Positions 59,759 to 64,000 of a stretch of 64,000 bases of DNA are shown here, one piece after another. The translations under genes and the position numbers were made by a program. The notes beneath the pieces were generated by a model that saw nothing but the letters and a program-made list of their open reading frames with translations, did not search any database and was not told where the DNA came from. The number at the start of each line of letters is the position of its first letter. Position 1 is the stretch's first letter. The stretch lies in contig JBHGNT010000011.1 in NCBI GenBank assembly GCA_043228905.1, positions 2,356,001 to 2,420,000 on the forward strand. Reading direction: 5' to 3'. This DNA comes from Azolla caroliniana (Eukaryota; Plantae; Polypodiophyta).

Positions 59759-62700
59759 AGAGAGAGAGAGAGACGAAGAGGTCGTTGCCTCTGTGTACTG
59801 CCGCCGCTTGTGGCGAAGACAGTGAGCTCAAGGTTGTTGCCTTGTAGCTTCACCATTGTACATCTCTGTTTATACTGATAGTTGGAGTTTGAGGACTCCC
59901 GTGGTTTTTCCCCATTTAGGGTTTTCCACGTAAAACATCCTGTGTACTCTTCTCTCTATTGTCTTCGTGCATCTTGTATTTCCTGTTTTCTGTGAGTTGA
60001 TCCTATTCCTCGGTTGTGGCCGAGCACTGTTTTTCAACAACATTTATGAAGTTGAAAGAAAAGTATTGGTGGCCACATATGTACAAAGATGTAACGAAAT
60101 TTGTGGAAACCTGTGAGGTTTGCCAGAGGTATTCAACTATCCGGTATCGAGATGAGCTAAAACCAACATATTCATCATCAATGCATTACAAATGGATGGT
60201 TGATTTAGTGACAATGCCACTTGGGGAAGGTCAAATGCGATATTTAGTACTAGCAAGAGAAGACCTTACAAACCAAGTAGAAGGAAGACCACTACGACAA
60301 AAAACAACTAGAGCTGTATGTAAATTTTTGTTAGAAGATGTAATATGTCGTTATGGGTGTGTTGGTAAAATAATTGCAGATAGAGGAGAACTCGACTCTG
60401 ATGAAGCTAGAGAATTCTTCAGCCGAATAGGGGTCAAATTATCACTTACAACTGCGTATAATCCAGAAGCCAATGGAAAGATTGAAAGAGGACATAGCCC
60501 AATAGTTAAGGCGATCGTGAAAAGCTGTAAAGGTAAAATAAGAGATTGGCCACGCATGCTACCTTATGCACTATGGGCGGATCGAACAACTCATAGTTCA
60601 GTAACAGGATACATGCCCGCTGAATTGATACTTGGCCAAAAGCCCATCATGCCGATAGAAGAATCAATTATGTCATGGATATCTATTCCATGGAGAGAAG
60701 AGGTGAGCAGAGAAGAATTACTTGCTTTGCGAATTCAACAATTAGAGCGTCGACCTGAAGATATAGAAATAGCAGCCCAACGATTGAAGGAGGCTCGACT
60801 AAAGAATAAAATCTGTTTTGATAAAAGTCATAGAATTCGACCTAAGAAAATAGAAGAAGGAGATTGGGTGCTCGTGTACGATAGCAGTTTAGATAATCAA
60901 CATAGCACCGTCCGCAAGTTCGCTGAAAGATGGTTTGGGCCTTATATAGTAAGAAAAGTATATGATAACTTTACTTATAAGCTTAGTGAATTGGATGGGA
61001 CACTAATCCTAAACGTGGTAGCTGGAAAGAGGATAAAAGTATTTAAGAAAAGGTTTGAGCTTGAACCTCCTCCGATAGATCAACATGAAGATGAAAGATA
61101 GTGGCACATGCCGGAGGATGTGCAGGTCTAGAGGGGTTTATCGGTGTCGTGAAGTACGAAAGCTTCACATTAAAAGTCTACAATAAGATAAATACGTAAC
61201 TAAAATAACATTTGATAATGTTTTATAACAACACATATGATAATATTATATATATGTAAAGAAAAATAATATATATATATATATAGATAAATATATTATA
61301 TTACACGAACAAGAGAGGACTTGAACCAATAACCCCACCCTATGACTCTCAAATCTTACCATTTACTCTATACTAGTAATATACATAAAATAAAGCATAC
61401 TTTATATATACTTTATATTACATAAAGGATTTGCTTCATGATATAAAAATAAAGTTGTATGTTGTAGTATTTTGAGACTCGAACCAACAACCTCATACAC
61501 CAAAGTCAACACACCTACCATTAAGCTAGGCCCTTTCTCTTTAAGATTATATTTTCATGTTTATTGTTATTGCATATATTGTTTCATACATAAAAGCTCA
61601 AATGAGCGAGATGTTTATCATGCATCACATGTAATGCATGAACGCCAAATGGCGATCATGCATCACATGCATGTCTTGTACCCTCCAATGCATCATATGC
61701 ATGGGGGCACCTATTTAAAGGGTGAAAGAGGAGATCAAAGGGAGATATGTATGAGATATCAATCAAATTATGTATTTCATAAGAGATACCATAAAAATAG
61801 AGAAAGAAGGGAAGAAGTTTAACATAAACGTGGAGCTCTAGCTTGGCGGTTGTGGTGGTCAACTCTCAACAAGAGGGAGGCGGTTCGAGCCTTATCTTCA
61901 TCAAAATATTGAAGTGAAGATTATAGTGGTCTACGATCAAGAAAGAGAAGAGCGATTACCTTGCAAGACAAAGTTCGGAGGATCAACGACGTGTACAATC
62001 ATTTTGTAACTCTTTCATGAAAATGATTATAAATTTCATACACTTTCTCATATATTATTTTATATCTTATCTTGTCTTATCTTATATTCCTTAAAAATCC
62101 TAATTTGTCATATCTTATTGATCTCTATTCACTCCATCTCTACTCTTTCGTCTCTTCCGTCCATAATCCCAGTGATTCCTTCCTCACTTTCACGTTATCC
62201 TTTGTGTGCGCAACGCTACGCTTCTAGGCGAGCCACGTCACGACATCGGAGCCGAATCAGAGACACATATCCAAAGTGCCCTTCAAGTACCGGAGTATCC
62301 ATTTGACCGCGTTCCAGTGCTCCTTGTCGGGATTGCTCATAAACCGGCTCACCACTCCGACTGCGTATCCTATATTCGGTCGGGTACACACCATTGCGTA
62401 CATTAAGCTCCCGACGGCAGAGGCATATGGAACCTTCATCATATCAGCCTTCTCTGCTTTCGTCTTCGGGCTTTGCTCACCGGATAATCTGCAATTTGCC
62501 GAGAGTGTTGATCCGACCGGTTTCGCTTCTAAAATGTTGAACCGTTGAAGCACCTTTGTCACGTATTTCTCTTGTGACAGCCACAATTGCTTCGTTGGCC
62601 GATTCCGGATGATATGCATCCCCAACATCTGTCTTGCCGGACCCAAGTCTTTCATTGCGAAAGTTCAGTTGAGAGCCTTCTTCAGCATCCGTATTCTGGC

Positions 62701-64000
62701 TTGGTCTCGTCTGACGATCAACATGTCATCCACGTATAGAAGGAGTATCAGGAAGTCGCCTCCTTCGAACTTCTTCACAAACACGCAGTGATCGGCCTGC
62801 GTCTTGTGGTACCCTTGATCGGTCATGAAGGAGTCGAACTTCCAGTACCATTGTCGGGGAGCCTGCTTCAGTTCGTACAAGCTCTTCTTCAACTGGCAAA
62901 CCAGGTGCTCCTTCCCTTTCTCCACGAATCCTTCCGGTTGCTGCATGTAGATCTCCTCTTCGAGGTCACCGTGAAGGAATGTCGTCTTCACGTCCAGCTG
63001 CTCTACCTCGAGGTCCATGCTTGCCGCTATACTCAGCACCGTCCAGATGGAGGTTATCTTTACTACCGGGGCAAATATCTCGTCGAAGTCCACACCCTTC
63101 TTCTGTTGGAACCCCTTCACCACGATCCTGGCTTTGTATTTCGGGGGGTTGCCGGCATCTCCCGATTTCAACTTGTACACCCACTTGTTTCAGAGTGCCC
63201 GCTTTCCTTTCGGCAACTCCACCAATTCGTACGTATGGTTCTCATCCAGGGAATCCATCTCATCCTGCATGGTACTTAACCATTTGCGGTTGTGGGTGTC
63301 ATCCTTCGCTTCTTCGAAGCTTTCCGGCTCTCCCTCATCGGTCAGCAGCACATGCTCTGCATCCGGAAATCTCCGGGGGGGCCTTCTCTCTCTAAGAGGA
63401 TATCTCCGTCTTTGGCTTTCGGCAACCGACTCCTCTATTTGTTCTTCATCCGAATCCAATTCAGGATCTTGGCCGGTTCCGATTTCAGCTTCCTCTACTT
63501 CTTCTTCTGCCGGTTTGGTATCCTCACCGTAGCCGGCTGGTTCCTCGAGTGTCAACCGGCTCTTAGCCGGGTGTGTCCGAATCTCATCGGAGTTCATTAT
63601 CTTCTTCTCCAACTCCCAGTCGGCAAGAGTCTTGTCCTCCATGAAGATAATATCTGGACTCCGGAAAGCCTTCTTGTCAACCGAATCCCACACTCGGTAG
63701 CTGAACTCATCATCGCCGTGTCCGAGGAATATGCATGGCCAGGCCTTTGGATCCAACTTTCCTCTCCAGTCCTTAGCAACATGAACGTACGCGAGACACC
63801 TGAACACCTTCAGATGCCGGTAGGACACTTCCTTACCGGTCCACACCTTCTACGGTGTGTCTCCATCCAAGGGCACTTAGGGTGATCTGTTTATCACATA
63901 CGTCGTTGTCGACAGCGCCTCAGCCCAAAACTTCTTGGGTAATTTTGCATGCGCCAGCATACTCCGGACCCTCTCCATTATGGTCCGGTTCATCCTCTCG

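Larger units (their letters stand above)
51749..60039 (+). mobile_element. Very young Tork-type copia (element T3)
   Basis: LTRs 51749-52449 and 56565-60039 (minus the LINE); TSD ACATT (51744-51748 / 60040-60044); PBS iMet at 52453-52464; PPT at 56553-56562. One substitution between the LTRs outside the array. Confidence 0.97.
49275..61101 (+). pseudogene. G1 pol (RT-RNase H-integrase), split by T3 in the integrase zinc-binding domain
   Basis: RT (LRFIQDLQPVN, DLYSGYDQ, LPQG, FLDD), RH (VTVDTS, ETDC, NPIADMLSR). Removing T3 restores HDSLWAGHRGIWATFMKLKEKYWWP..CEVC; integrase 60045-61101 has IADRGE, NGKIER and GPY; no chromodomain. Confidence 0.92.
46072..62245 (+). mobile_element. Young full-length non-chromovirus Ty3/Gypsy (element G1) with a 4-bp TSD
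   Basis: LTRs 46072-47170 and 61145-62245 (TGTCGTG...CACGACA; about 4 substitutions plus one TA unit by eye). TSD TCGG (46068-46071 / 62246-62249); PBS-like 47179-47193; PPT AGAGGGG at ~61130-61136. Confidence 0.96.
44447..64000 (-). mobile_element. Tork-type copia (element T4), running off the window and interrupted by the Gypsy
   Basis: 3' LTR 44447-45570 with 54-bp and ~40-bp arrays; PPT from 45571; RH/RT at 45583-46071 resumes at 62246 (FGSDKPQLD restored); RT/INT continue to 64000. Confidence 0.93.

Noticed and set aside
60016-60044. Start of the 361-aa ORF as an independent gene
   Set aside because: Its first residues come from the T3 LTR end fused by chance to the interrupted G1 integrase.

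Overview
Eukaryotic nuclear DNA from a plant, probably a non-seed plant such as a fern. That assignment is an inference from the TE lineages. The first ~13.6 kb is a gene island: a spliced glucose-6-phosphate 1-epimerase-family gene (+, 5' end not found), an intronless 422-aa secreted orphan protein (-), a tRNA-Phe(GAA) gene (-) and an 8-exon AKR2 ankyrin/STI1 chaperone gene (-). A tRNA-derived SINE follows, then ~50 kb of nested retroelements. These comprise four large Tnt1/Tork-type copia elements plus remnants, two Ale-like copia elements, chromovirus remnants with heat-shock-element arrays in their LTRs, a young non-chromovirus Gypsy with 4-bp TSDs plus a related solo LTR, and a 5'-truncated RTE-group LINE. 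Nesting reaches about six levels. The most unusual signal is in the LTRs of the 4-bp-TSD Gypsy. In two diverged variants, an RY/TATA Pol II core is bracketed by three outward-facing tRNA-like A-box/B-box modules with conserved 43-45 nt spacing. The element also has a tRNA-Trp PBS lacking the TGG. Other signals are U3 tandem arrays that differ between sister LTRs, strong CCGG enrichment in the Tork family and an apparent gag-capsid swap. Coordinates were read by eye; boundaries of degenerate remnants are approximate.
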